Shown here piece after piece: positions 27,349-37,177 of a stretch of 64,000 nucleotides of DNA. Location: positions 136,912 through 200,911 of the forward strand of contig DOZJ01000006.1 of NCBI GenBank assembly GCA_003518055.1, given 5' to 3'. Both the position numbers and the translations under genes were made by a program. Positions within the stretch are counted from its first letter, which is position 1. The number at the start of each line of letters is the position of its first letter. The stretch comes from Candidatus Falkowbacteria bacterium (GTDB lineage Bacteria; Patescibacteriota; Patescibacteriia; UBA11705). The notes beneath the pieces are model-generated. The model saw nothing but the letters and a program-made list of their open reading frames with translations. It was not told where the DNA came from and searched no databases.

Positions 27349-29076
27349 ATGCTGGAAAAGAGGTGGCGGGTGTCCGAACAACCACCGGATAATTTTATTA
27401 AAGAATTTTCCGATTATAATCCAATCTTACGTCAACTATTATATACGAGAAATCTCAAGAGCGCAAAGCAGATAGAGGCTTTTTTGCGTCCGCGGTATGA
27501 GGCGCTTCATGATCCGTTTCTTTTCGCGGATATGTCCAGGCTGGTATCTCGGATATATCAGGCCATTGATACTGGTGAAAATATCATAATTCATGGAGAT
27601 TATGACGCGGACGGCGTGACCAGTACGGCCGTGATGTATGAAACGTTGAAGGCGCTTGGAGCTCGGGTTGATGTATTTATCCCCCATCGGGAAAAAGACG
27701 GTTACGGCCTTCGGCCCAAAACAATCGATCGGCTCATCAATGAAGGTTATAAATTGTTGATCACGGTTGATTGTGGGGTGACTAATGTGGCAGAAGTCAA
27801 AATGGCGATGGATGCCGGTTTGGATGTGATTGTGACCGATCATCATGAACCTTTGGATATTTTACCAGAGCCATTAGCCTTGATAAATCCCAAAGTTGAC
27901 CCAAATTATCCCTTTCAGTATTTATGCGGTGCTGGCGTGGCGTTTAAAGTGGCTACGGCGTTAATCAAAAATTATCATGGTTCTGATAGCTGGGCGAATT
28001 ATGGCGGGCCGGAGGGTTTTTTGAAATGGCTGCTGGATTTGGTGGCAATTGGTACGGTCGCCGATGTAATGCCGCTCGTTGATGAAAATCGGGTTTTGGT
28101 TAATTACGGTCTGATCGTGTTGCGACAAACAAGGCGGCCGGGAATCAGAAAATTGGCGGCGGAAGCCAATATTGATCTGGCGGCGGCTGATAGTTATACC
28201 ATCGGTTATCAAATCGCCCCCCGACTAAACGCGGCCGGTAGAATTGAACATGCCAGAGAAGCCTTTGAACTTTTGACCACTATGGATGAGGATGAAGCTT
28301 ATAAATTGGCGCACAAACTTCAAGAAACCAATTTGGGGCGGCAAAAAATTACGGATGAGGTTATGATAACGGCCAAGGAGAAATTGGTACAGCAAGAGGG
28401 GCAAAAAATGTTATTTTTGTATGATGAAAATTGGCATCCGGGTGTGGTTGGTCTCGTGGCCGGCCGAATCGCGGAGGATTATTACCGGCCGGTTTTGGTG
28501 ATGACGATGATTGATGGCCAGATTGTCGGTTCCGGCCGGAGCATCAGCGATTTTAATATTACCGAGGAGCTGATGGCGGCGGAAAAGTATTTGGCTCGCT
28601 ATGGCGGGCATGCGGCTGCTTGCGGTTTTACTCTGAAAAACAAAGATGAGTTGGCGGACTTTACCAGTTTCTTGGCGGATCGGGCGCGGCAGAGCTTGAC
28701 GGATGAACATTTAATTCCGATTATTTATGCTGAAACCGAGTTGGCGATGACTGAGATTAATCTTGATTTGGCTGAGCGGTTGAAAACCTTGTCACCGTTT
28801 GGCGAGGGCAATGAAAAACCGAGATTTATTTTGCGCGACTTGATGGTTACATCGTTGGATTTACTTGGAGACAAGGAACAGCATTTGCGGTTGATGGTCA
28901 GGAATGGCCATAGTCCGGCGGTGAAGAAGGTGATGGGATTTGGTTTGGGTAAAACTTGGGGCGGAGTGCTCAACGCGGGGGATAAAATTGATCTTATGGT
29001 TGAATTGAGTGTTAATGAGTGGAATGGCAGTCGAAACGTGGAAATGAAAATTGTGGATTTGAAATTAAAAGCGTAA
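27349..29076 (+). CDS. recJ: Single-stranded-DNA-specific exonuclease RecJ
   Basis: DHH family motifs (IIIHGDYDADG, VIVTDHH) and a DHHA1 domain. 575 aa. Confidence 0.85.
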   Translation: MLEKRWRVSEQPPDNFIKEFSDYNPILRQLLYTRNLKSAKQIEAFLRPRYEALHDPFLFADMSRLVSRIYQAIDTGENIIIHGDYDADGVTSTAVMYETLKALGARVDVFIPHREKDGYGLRPKTIDRLINEGYKLLITVDCGVTNVAEVKMAMDAGLDVIVTDHHEPLDILPEPLALINPKVDPNYPFQYLCGAGVAFKVATALIKNYHGSDSWANYGGPEGFLKWLLDLVAIGTVADVMPLVDENRVLVNYGLIVLRQTRRPGIRKLAAEANIDLAAADSYTIGYQIAPRLNAAGRIEHAREAFELLTTMDEDEAYKLAHKLQETNLGRQKITDEVMITAKEKLVQQEGQKMLFLYDENWHPGVVGLVAGRIAEDYYRPVLVMTMIDGQIVGSGRSISDFNITEELMAAEKYLARYGGHAAACGFTLKNKDELADFTSFLADRARQSLTDEHLIPIIYAETELAMTEINLDLAERLKTLSPFGEGNEKPRFILRDLMVTSLDLLGDKEQHLRLMVRNGHSPAVKKVMGFGLGKTWGGVLNAGDKIDLMVELSVNEWNGSRNVEMKIVDLKLKA

Positions 29077-29235
29077 AGAAATCGGATTTGTTTCTGGGAG
29101 TTATTTCGGGGTATGAATTTAGTTCATGTTTGATTTATAATTTTAAATAATTACTGAAACCATGTTATGCAATAGGGTGCCGTGAACTCAACACACGGTT
29201 TAGGCTGACGAAAAAAAACAATTTAAAATAATAAT

Positions 29236-29640
29236 ATGAAACTGAAAATTTATTCTGATGGCGGTGCTCGAGGTAATCCCGGACCGGCCGGAATCGGCGT
29301 GGTGATTTATAATCAGGACGGCGACGTTGTACATGAAATTAGTAAATATATTGGCGAAACCACCAATAATCAAGCGGAATATCAGGCGATAATTGCCGGG
29401 TTGAAATACGCAAAATCAATCAAAGCGCCTGAGGTTGATTGTTATCTTGATAGTGAATTGGTGGTCAAGCAAGTAAATGGCGAATACAAAGTTAAGGATC
29501 AGAATTTAGCTGAGCATTTTTTAACCATTTGGAATTTGAAAAAGTATTTCAAGACAATTCGATTCAGCCACGTGAGGCGTGAACAAAATAAAGCGGCGGA
29601 TAAACTGGTCAATCAGGCGCTTGATCTTCGGAGCAAGTAA
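29236..29640 (+). CDS. rnhA: Ribonuclease HI
   Basis: DGGARGNPGPAG...TNNQAEYQA...D motifs. 134 aa. Confidence 0.85.
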   Translation: MKLKIYSDGGARGNPGPAGIGVVIYNQDGDVVHEISKYIGETTNNQAEYQAIIAGLKYAKSIKAPEVDCYLDSELVVKQVNGEYKVKDQNLAEHFLTIWNLKKYFKTIRFSHVRREQNKAADKLVNQALDLRSK

Positions 29641-29709
29641 ATCATTTGACGGTTGATTTTTTTTGTGTTAATCTTTATTGTTCTTCAGCCCCAAGGAGAG
29701 GAGAGATAA

Positions 29710-30477
29710 ATGACTCGAGAAGAAGCCAAGAGTTTGGTGTTGCGGCGGTTGAAGTTGGCTGATGTATGGGAGCCGTCGACATGGATAATCCTTTCGGGGC
29801 TGGTTCTTGTGGGATCACTCTTTGTTTATGCCACCTATGATGGATCATTTGAAACAAAGGATTTGTCGCTGGTAGTCTTGTTGATTCATCTCGGAGTTTG
29901 GTTGGTTGTAAACGCGTTTTTTTCTGTCCGATGGTTTTGGTTTAGAAAACTGGCAAAAGAGTTTGACGCAAGATACGGGGTTGGTCGATATTTTGAACGA
30001 GAGACATTTAGAGATGAAATTTATGCTCTGGGCGAGTTTGGCTCGGATGGGGAAGTCGATGAAATTATTGCTTTCCGCCTGAATCGTTTTCCTCCAGGAT
30101 TTCACAGTTTTGGTCGGTTTTGTACTACGGTTTATAGTGATCATTATGAGGTGCCGTTGGAGGTGCCGGTTGGGCAGAAAAAGCCGCTGTTTATTGAAGT
30201 GGAGTTTAAATTTAAGAACGGTACGGTTGATGAAATGATGGCAGGAATTGAAGCTGGCCGGAAGCCGTATTCGGTTGATGATCCGGATGATCTGATTCAT
30301 CATGTGATTCAAGCGGCAAGGATTATCCCTGAAGAGTTGGGTGATTTTGAACCAAAAGAATTAGCCGCGGCTGAATTGAGGTTGCAGGATATTGTGCTGC
30401 GGCATCGGGAAAAGTTTGAGCCGCCCGGATTGAAGCTGACCGGAGTCAAGCTAAAAGGAATTTCCAGACAATTTTAA
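29710..30477 (+). CDS. Hypothetical membrane protein
   Basis: Two N-terminal TM helices. 255 aa. Confidence 0.4.
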   Translation: MTREEAKSLVLRRLKLADVWEPSTWIILSGLVLVGSLFVYATYDGSFETKDLSLVVLLIHLGVWLVVNAFFSVRWFWFRKLAKEFDARYGVGRYFERETFRDEIYALGEFGSDGEVDEIIAFRLNRFPPGFHSFGRFCTTVYSDHYEVPLEVPVGQKKPLFIEVEFKFKNGTVDEMMAGIEAGRKPYSVDDPDDLIHHVIQAARIIPEELGDFEPKELAAAELRLQDIVLRHREKFEPPGLKLTGVKLKGISRQF

Positions 30478-30672
30478 CAGATAAAGTTGGTAAAAGCCGA
30501 CTTTTTTGTTTTAAGCGAAAATTTATTTGCATTATTTATTAATGATTGGTTATTGTTTATTTGTGATTGTTTATTGTTTATTTATGATTAAATTCGCTGT
30601 GGTGGATAATTGTTTTAATTTTCAGCCCTTTGTGGTATAATTTTATTGAATAGAATAACTATTTAGCAGTTT

Positions 30673-31767
30673 TTGCATATGGGTTTATTTAAAAAAAGCC
30701 AGGATGAGAAAAGTTATCTTGGTGTGGATATCGGCGGCAGCAGTATAAAATTGGTTGAGTTGTCAAAATACAAAAATCGTCCGCGGTTGTTGACATATGG
30801 TTATCTTGAGCGATCGACCAAGTCAGCGGATGAAAGTTTGCTTGAGAATCCGACAGCGATGGCTGAGGCGATAAAAAAAGTGGCTGATCAGGCCAAAGTT
30901 CAAACCAAGGATGCGATAACTGCGCTGCCGGCGTCTTCGGTTTTTAGTACGATTTTGAATCTTAACGGCTTGACGCCCAAGGATGTCGCGTCGGTTAAAA
31001 AAGTCACTGAGGCGATTGAAAAAGAAGCCACCAAGGTTTTGCCCATGCCGGTTGATGAGATGGTGTTGGATTGGAAGATTGTCAAGCAAAACGGCGAGGG
31101 CGATAACGGAAACAGTGTTCAGGTTTTGTTGAACGCGGCTTCAAAGAGTTTGGTCAAAAAATTCATTGAAATTTTCAAGAAGGCGGGTTTCAATCTTTTG
31201 AGTTTGGAAACAGAATCGTTTGCCATGTCCAGAGCGCTGGTTGGTAAGGATAAGTCAACGGTGATTGTGATTGATATTGGCGCGTCCAATACTGATATTT
31301 CGATTGTTGATAATATGATTCCTCATATGAGCCGGTCGGTTGATGTCGGCGGTTATACCATTACCAAAGCATTGGCTGAATCCATGGGGATCTCAATTGA
31401 TCAAGCAGAACAATTTAAACGAGATTTGGAGCATTATGTCGGGGAATTGCCTGAAGGCAGAAAGATTCCTGAGGTGATTGAGAAAATCATGGAGCCGATT
31501 GTTAATGAAATCCGTTATTTGTTGGATTTTTTCGGCAAGCAGCCGGGTAATGAGGGTAAAAATGTTGATCGCTTGATTTTGTCCGGCGGAACCGCTAAGA
31601 TATTTAACCTACCGGATTATTTTACTGAAATGTTTAACATCAGAACTTTTTTGGGTAGTCCGTGGGCGAGAATTATATATCCGGATGATTTGAAGCCGGC
31701 GCTTGATCAGGTTGGATCACGGTTGACGGTGGCGGTTGGCTTGGCTTTGAGGGAGCTCGATAAGTAA
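30673..31767 (+). CDS. pilM: Type IV pilus assembly ATPase-fold protein PilM
   Basis: Actin-like fold: LGVDIGGSSIKLVEL...VIDIGASNTDISIV. Precedes the pilin genes. Confidence 0.75.
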   Translation: MHMGLFKKSQDEKSYLGVDIGGSSIKLVELSKYKNRPRLLTYGYLERSTKSADESLLENPTAMAEAIKKVADQAKVQTKDAITALPASSVFSTILNLNGLTPKDVASVKKVTEAIEKEATKVLPMPVDEMVLDWKIVKQNGEGDNGNSVQVLLNAASKSLVKKFIEIFKKAGFNLLSLETESFAMSRALVGKDKSTVIVIDIGASNTDISIVDNMIPHMSRSVDVGGYTITKALAESMGISIDQAEQFKRDLEHYVGELPEGRKIPEVIEKIMEPIVNEIRYLLDFFGKQPGNEGKNVDRLILSGGTAKIFNLPDYFTEMFNIRTFLGSPWARIIYPDDLKPALDQVGSRLTVAVGLALRELDK

Positions 31768-31824
31768 GTGCTAATATAACGTTCGAATTATACATTTCCA
31801 TTTCTAAGCGCAACATTAGTAACT

Positions 31825-32292
31825 ATGAAAAAAAGAAACGGATTTACGCTTATAGAGATTTTAGTGGTGGCCGCGGTTTTGGCGATTTTGTTTTTGATTG
31901 GTTTGATGTCATTGAATGGGATCAAGGAAAAGGGCCGCGATGCCAAGAGAATTAATGATTTGATCAATTTACAGCAGGCAATGGAAATTATTTTTGAGCA
32001 ATCGGGGAATTATCAGATGGCCTGCGGTGGCGGAAATTACGTTGGCGCGGTTAGCGGGTGCAAGGGCGATGGTGATGAGTTTTTACTGGACGAATATTTA
32101 AACGCGATTGACGCCATTAGTGATCCCTTGGAGCGAGTTACTGCCTGCGATGCCGGTTGTTCAAGCGGGCAATGCAATTATGCTTTTCAGGTAATCGAAA
32201 ATAATACTTTTGCCGTGACTTTTTGGCTTGAACGCAATGTAGGTGAATTTGGGCCGGGCTGTCATGTGTTGACTGAAAGGGGCATAAAATAG
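31825..32292 (+). CDS. Type IV pilin / pseudopilin
   Basis: Class III signal KKRNG|FTLIEILVV with Glu+5. Cys pairs in the C-terminal domain. Confidence 0.7.
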   Translation: MKKRNGFTLIEILVVAAVLAILFLIGLMSLNGIKEKGRDAKRINDLINLQQAMEIIFEQSGNYQMACGGGNYVGAVSGCKGDGDEFLLDEYLNAIDAISDPLERVTACDAGCSSGQCNYAFQVIENNTFAVTFWLERNVGEFGPGCHVLTERGIK

Positions 32293-32294
32293 TT

Positions 32295-32747
32295 ATGAAA
32301 ACGCAAAAGGGATATTCGATAATTGATATATTGATAACCATTGCTCTGGTGGTGTTGGTAGTTTTAATAATTTTGGTAATGTTTTATTTTGTCAGCAAGG
32401 ATTCTCGAGATGTTAAACGAATCAGTGACATGGATGCAATTCGAAGCGCGATGGCCAGAGTGAAGGTTCAAACTGGGACGTTTATAGACTCTGGCTGTGG
32501 TGTCGGGGCGGTCAGCGAGTGCCAATCCGGTTTGTTGTCAAGAGTTTTACCGACAGTGGCCAAGATGAGTGACCCGAAAGGAAGAGTCTTGTGTACTCAG
32601 AATTGCACTGAGGCCTGCGAATATTCTTTTGTTACGGCTCCGACAGAGGCTGAATTTTCAGTTTTATTTTATTTGGAAACCGGAGCTGGTAATTACAGCC
32701 AAAAAGGGTGTTACGTTTTGACTCAGGATGGGATTAAGCTACGCTAA
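32295..32747 (+). CDS. Type IV pilin-like protein
   Basis: KG|YSIIDILITIALV prepilin-like N-terminus, hydrophobic helix and C-terminal Cys pairs. Confidence 0.55.
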   Translation: MKTQKGYSIIDILITIALVVLVVLIILVMFYFVSKDSRDVKRISDMDAIRSAMARVKVQTGTFIDSGCGVGAVSECQSGLLSRVLPTVAKMSDPKGRVLCTQNCTEACEYSFVTAPTEAEFSVLFYLETGAGNYSQKGCYVLTQDGIKLR

Positions 32748-34023
32748 TATTATGTCGACACGAAGAGAATTTATTTTTTTTATCACAGCCATTTTGGTGC
32801 TGATTTTTGCGTTATTTCAAGCCAGTGAAGCGGGCGCGGCGGTTTTGGATGTCAAGGTTTTATATTTGGATCAAAGTACGGTGGCTCGGGGATATACGGT
32901 CAAAAGCGCGGATGAGAATTTTTGGCTGCCGGTATTGCCGAGTTTGTATTCTGAACCGGTGACAGTGAAAATCGAGACATTATCGATAGGCACTCCAATC
33001 CCTGATGATAGACAAGGTGTCAGTCAATCATATATTTATGACATAAAGAAATCCGAGCCCGGAGTTTTTGATAAATCGGTTATTGTGGCCGTCAAAATGA
33101 CTCAGCCGTCGGAGACGGCGGTCGTGTGTTTTTATGACCGATCGCAGCAGCGTTGGCGTGAGTTACCGACGACGATCGATTCTGTGCGTGGTTTAGCTAT
33201 TGCCAAAACCGTGTTTCCTTACGCTGAAGTGATGGTGATGACTGAGGGGCAGGAACAAGCACCAGTGCCGGTGATTTTATCTTTGGAAGAACAGTTGACG
33301 GCGCAATCGGCGATTGTGATTGATCAAGATGGTAATGTTTTATTTGAAAAAAATGCCGATGAGGTTCGGCCGATAGCCAGTTTAACGAAATTGGTGACAG
33401 CGGCAGTCTTTCTGGATTATAATCCGGGTTGGGATAAACAGGTGACGATTGTGGCGGCCGATAATGTCGGCGGCGCGAGTGTGCCGTTTGAACCCGGTGA
33501 TGTGGTTTCGGCCAAAGATTTGTTCTACGCCACCCTGGTTGGCTCAAAAAATAACGCGGCTAGAGCTTTGATGCGGGCGTCCGGGTTGAGTGAAGTCGAA
33601 TTTATCTCCGCCATGAATCAAAAAGTAAAAAGCTGGGGATTGATAAATACGAAGTTTGTGGAGCCGACTGGATTGAGCGAATTGAATGTGTCAACGGCGA
33701 GAGAAATGATGGAAATTTCCAGAAAAACATTGAGTCAATACGAATATTTACAGGCTTCAACCACGTTGTGGTATGAAATAAAATATACCCGCGGCGCGGA
33801 GGCGAAAACTTTTTGGTGCCGCAATACCAATCAGAAATTACTTGAACGCGATTTGTATGTGACCGGCGGTAAAACCGGATTTACTTATGAGGCGGGATAT
33901 AATTTGGTTACCAAGGCGCGATTGACAAAAGACTCCAATCGAGAATTGATCGCATTGGTTTTGGGCGCTAAAATCAGTATGAATTACGAAGAAGTTTATT
34001 TGCTGCTTAAAAAGTTTTTATAA
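32728..34023 (+). CDS. Serine-type D-Ala-D-Ala carboxypeptidase (S11, PBP5/6-like) with N-terminal extension
   Basis: SxxK active site ASLTK. Downstream S-x-N-like and KTG motifs (GGKTGFT). Confidence 0.7.
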   Translation: MGLSYANIMSTRREFIFFITAILVLIFALFQASEAGAAVLDVKVLYLDQSTVARGYTVKSADENFWLPVLPSLYSEPVTVKIETLSIGTPIPDDRQGVSQSYIYDIKKSEPGVFDKSVIVAVKMTQPSETAVVCFYDRSQQRWRELPTTIDSVRGLAIAKTVFPYAEVMVMTEGQEQAPVPVILSLEEQLTAQSAIVIDQDGNVLFEKNADEVRPIASLTKLVTAAVFLDYNPGWDKQVTIVAADNVGGASVPFEPGDVVSAKDLFYATLVGSKNNAARALMRASGLSEVEFISAMNQKVKSWGLINTKFVEPTGLSELNVSTAREMMEISRKTLSQYEYLQASTTLWYEIKYTRGAEAKTFWCRNTNQKLLERDLYVTGGKTGFTYEAGYNLVTKARLTKDSNRELIALVLGAKISMNYEEVYLLLKKFL

Positions 34024-34027
34024 TTAT

Positions 34028-34738
34028 ATGCATAGTGAAGGTAATGGAATGCAACCAATCAAAGAAGAATCTCCGATCCAAGTGCAGGCTGAGGTTAAGC
34101 CGGAGAAAAAGAAAATTGACGGATCGGTCAGGGTTAATATAACGGCTATAGCCGCTTTGGTGGTGGCTTTGGCGAGTCTATTTTATTTTGTTTATTTGAA
34201 TTCAAATCAAAAGGTTCAGATCGCGGAATTGGATTTACGTTTGAGTAAGGTTGAGAATACAGTCAAGGATGTTCGGGCGGATACGCAGGAGCTTCAGGAG
34301 AGTACGGAGACAACGGCCATCAGCGCTGACGGGCTGGTAGTGAAGTCATTTGTCAGTACCAAGGGCGGATATCAATTTAATTATCCGGAAGCTTGGAAGA
34401 TTGAGACTTTTGAGTTGAATGAGGTGGTTCAAAATGTTTATTTCGGCCCGGGCGCGACCGTTGAGAAAGGTCTTGGCCAGGTGAAAATGATAAAGTACGA
34501 CAAAAGCGTAGATGCTTATTTGGCTGAAAATGAATCTGAAGTTGAGTTTGAAAATACCACCAGAGGCGTGATCAATGGGGTCAGTGTGACCAAGGCTGAT
34601 TTTAAGTCCGGTAAGGTGAATGGATTCGCGGCTTTTTTTATCAAAAATGGGACGATATATTCTCTCCAGCTCAATAGCATTGACCCGAAAGATAAAGTTT
34701 TGTTTGATGTGCTGGTCAAGAGTTTTGAAATCAAATGA
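34028..34738 (+). CDS. Membrane-anchored hypothetical protein
   Basis: Single TM helix. 236 aa. Confidence 0.4.
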   Translation: MHSEGNGMQPIKEESPIQVQAEVKPEKKKIDGSVRVNITAIAALVVALASLFYFVYLNSNQKVQIAELDLRLSKVENTVKDVRADTQELQESTETTAISADGLVVKSFVSTKGGYQFNYPEAWKIETFELNEVVQNVYFGPGATVEKGLGQVKMIKYDKSVDAYLAENESEVEFENTTRGVINGVSVTKADFKSGKVNGFAAFFIKNGTIYSLQLNSIDPKDKVLFDVLVKSFEIK

Positions 34739-34794
34739 TCGGAGTCGTGTTTGAACTGAAATTTATCACTCGTCGTTGACTCGCGGCGGGTTTT

Positions 34795-34915
34795 TTGTTA
34801 TTATAAGAGCGTTTAGCGTTTAGGGTATAGGGTATAGTGATTAGATACTTACGCTATATTCATTATATATACAGTTATCTTATTATAAGCGCTAACCGCT
34901 ATACGCTAAACGCTT
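34795..34915. repeat. Long imperfect palindrome built from AGCGTTTAGCG/TATAGGGTATAG repeat arms
   Basis: Left arm GAGCGTTTAGCGTTTAGGGTATAGGG. Right arm CGCTAACCGCTATACGCTAAACGCT, followed by TTTTTT. Confidence 0.5.
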
Positions 34916-34919
34916 TTTT

Positions 34920-36005
34920 ATGATATTCAAACTCAAGAAAAATATTACGGTGGCTGTGGGTATGAGCGGCGGTGTAGATTCGTCAGTCGCGGCGGCACTA
35001 TTGAAAAAACAAGGCTATAATGTCATTGGCGTATATTTTATTACTTCAGCCCAGACTACCAGCGGCAAAATTAGGGATAACATCTGCTGCTCGCTCGAAT
35101 CGATGATGGATGCGCGTAAAGTCGCTCAGCAGCTTGGGTGTAAATTTTATACTATTAATTTGCGGACCGTTTTTAAACAAAAAGTTTTTGATGATTTTAT
35201 TCATGAATATGAATCCGGTCGAACGCCCAATCCGTGTATTCATTGCAATAAATTCGTAAAATTTGGCGAGGCGTTGCAGAAGGTAAAGGCGATTGGGGCT
35301 GATTATTTGGCGACCGGCCATTATGCTCGGGTCAAAAAGTCGCGGGATGGAAAGTTTCATCTATACGAGGGCAAGGATAAAAAAAAGGATCAAACATATT
35401 TTTTGCATTCATTAACGCAAGAGCAGTTGGCGCATGTCATTTTCCCCTTGGCCAAACTGATCAAACCGCAAGTTAGAAAATTGGCGGCCAAGTTTAAGTT
35501 GCCGACGGCCAGTAAAGTTGAATCACAGGAAATTTGTTTTATTCCTGACGGTGATGTGGCCAAATTTTTACGCGAGTATATTGAATTCAAGCCGGGGGAT
35601 ATCATTGATGTTGAAACAAAAAATAAAATCGGCCGACACGATGGGCTGCAGCAGTATACGGTTGGGCAGAGAAAAGGTATCGGTCTGCCCGGTGGCCCGT
35701 GGTATGTCGCGAAATTGGATATAAAAAATAGTATCTTGTGGGTGACAACCGATCTCAATGTGATAAATAAAAGTTTCATGCGGCTCAAAGATATTCATTG
35801 GATTACCGGTGAACCGAAATTACCAACCAGAGTTACGGTAAAAATACGTTACAATTCAGAGCCAGTGGCCGTAAAAGTAAACCCAAAACAAAACGGTTTT
35901 TATCTTGTAGAATTCAAAAAACCGCAAAAAGCTATTGCCCCGGGTCAATCGGCCGTATTTATGAAAAAAAATGAGTGTCTGGGTGGAGGGATAATCGATG
36001 AATAG
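34920..36005 (+). CDS. mnmA: tRNA-specific 2-thiouridylase MnmA
   Basis: PP-loop SGGVDSS, catalytic Cys and a C-terminal beta-barrel. 361 aa. Confidence 0.85.
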   Translation: MIFKLKKNITVAVGMSGGVDSSVAAALLKKQGYNVIGVYFITSAQTTSGKIRDNICCSLESMMDARKVAQQLGCKFYTINLRTVFKQKVFDDFIHEYESGRTPNPCIHCNKFVKFGEALQKVKAIGADYLATGHYARVKKSRDGKFHLYEGKDKKKDQTYFLHSLTQEQLAHVIFPLAKLIKPQVRKLAAKFKLPTASKVESQEICFIPDGDVAKFLREYIEFKPGDIIDVETKNKIGRHDGLQQYTVGQRKGIGLPGGPWYVAKLDIKNSILWVTTDLNVINKSFMRLKDIHWITGEPKLPTRVTVKIRYNSEPVAVKVNPKQNGFYLVEFKKPQKAIAPGQSAVFMKKNECLGGGIIDE

Positions 36006-36089
36006 TATAGGCTGGTTTAATTTGCCAGTTGACAAATTATCGGTATATAGTATGTTGATGAGTTCATTTACAAGCCAAGGAGGGGCTCC

Positions 36090-36269
36090 ATGATTCAAAA
36101 ATTAGTTGCCATTTTAACGGTTCTGACTTTGTGGCTCGTGTATTTTCTTGTTTATTTACCAACGACAAAAGATTCAATCTACGTGGAAGCTTATGTGGGA
36201 ATTCTGGTTTTTACTGCTACTTATTGTGGGGTGAAGATCATTAGAATTAAGAATAAAGACAATAAATGA
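36090..36269 (+). CDS. Small 2-TM membrane protein (tandem paralog 1)
   Basis: 59 aa, RBS AAGGAGGGG. C-terminal motif ATYCGVKIIRIKNKDNK is shared with the next ORF. Confidence 0.4.
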   Translation: MIQKLVAILTVLTLWLVYFLVYLPTTKDSIYVEAYVGILVFTATYCGVKIIRIKNKDNK

Positions 36270-36314
36270 TACTTGTTTTTTCTGTCTCTCAACTACAGCC
36301 CAAAGGAGTACCGC

Positions 36315-36509
36315 ATGATCAGAATTCGCACCATTATAATTATTCTAGTTGTTTGCTGGTTGATCTTTGGCGTTATTTGGCGATTTATTGCCAGCTCGTT
36401 TATTTGGGGGTTTATGTTCGTTTTGATGTTGTTTGCCACGGCTTGCGGGGTGATTGCGATTAGACAAAAAATCAGGGGAAATAAAAACCGCGATTTACGG
36501 TTATTATGA
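36315..36509 (+). CDS. Small 2-TM membrane protein (tandem paralog 2)
   Basis: 64 aa, RBS AAAGGAG. C-terminal motif ATACGVIAIRQKIRGNKNRD. Confidence 0.4.
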   Translation: MIRIRTIIIILVVCWLIFGVIWRFIASSFIWGFMFVLMLFATACGVIAIRQKIRGNKNRDLRLL

Positions 36510-36587
36510 GAACGAAGAAAATCGTTCTTTTTTGTTTGAACTTTGAATGTGGTGGTGGTATGATTTTGTATCCCCAAAGGAAAACGG
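36508..36587. repeat. Direct repeat DR-a (terminator hairpin GAACGA..TCGTTC + T-run + RBS module)
   Basis: About 80% identical over about 78 nt to DR-b at 37093-37170. Confidence 0.5.
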
Positions 36588-36694
36588 TTTTTATCTCGTA
36601 GAATTCAAAAAATCGCAAAAAGCTATTGCCCCGGGTCAATCGGCCGTATTTATGAAAAAAACGAGTGTCTGGATGGAGGTATTATAAATGAATA
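36576..36694 (+). pseudogene. Duplicated 3' end of mnmA (about 120 bp, frameshifted fragment)
   Basis: More than 90% nucleotide identity to 35884-36003, with a 1-nt deletion in the A-run. Located about 570 bp downstream of the intact mnmA stop. Confidence 0.6.
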
Positions 36695-36804
36695 ATTAAT
36701 CTGATGTTATCTTGATGTTTTTGGTATTTTAATTAACCCTTGACAATCATATACAATCTGGTAATATATGTAATCTTGTCCCCAGCAAGCAAAAGGAGGG
36801 GCCG

Positions 36805-37086
36805 ATGTCAGGATGTCAGTGTCATTGTGCTACGGTTGAAGTTCAGACCAGAATTCATTTTTTCTTTAAGGAAGATGAGGTCACGATCAATTTTCAACCT
36901 AGAAAGGCTGACCCTGTGGTTGAGGATCGCAATCTTGATCGGGCGTGGTCTATGGCGCCGGAATATGTTAAAGCGGTTGTTTTTTATGATCTGGTAGTGG
37001 CGACGACTCAAGAATTGAACGAAGCATGTCATAAGGTTGTCTGTACCAGCCAGCCGATTCGAGTGTCGCAGGCCTTTACTCGGTGA
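36805..37086 (+). CDS. Small Cys-rich hypothetical protein
   Basis: 93 aa with MSGCQCHC N-terminus. Own promoter TTGACA...TAATAT, RBS AAAGGAGGGG, and terminator GAACGATAAGATCGTTCTTTTT. Confidence 0.35.
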   Translation: MSGCQCHCATVEVQTRIHFFFKEDEVTINFQPRKADPVVEDRNLDRAWSMAPEYVKAVVFYDLVVATTQELNEACHKVVCTSQPIRVSQAFTR

Positions 37087-37092
37087 TGATTT

Positions 37093-37170
37093 CAGAACGA
37101 TAAGATCGTTCTTTTTGTTTGACATTGATAAGTGGTCGTGGTATGGTTGTCTGTTCCCAAAGGAAGGGGG
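37093..37170. repeat. Direct repeat DR-b
   Basis: Second copy of the terminator-RBS module. Confidence 0.5.
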
Positions 37171-37177
37171 AAAAACG

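Noticed and set aside
36266-36577. Alternative overlapping ORFs 36266..36463 (+) and 36293..36577 (-)
   Set aside because: They are out-of-frame or antisense to the small TM protein at 36315..36509, which has an RBS and a paralog next door.
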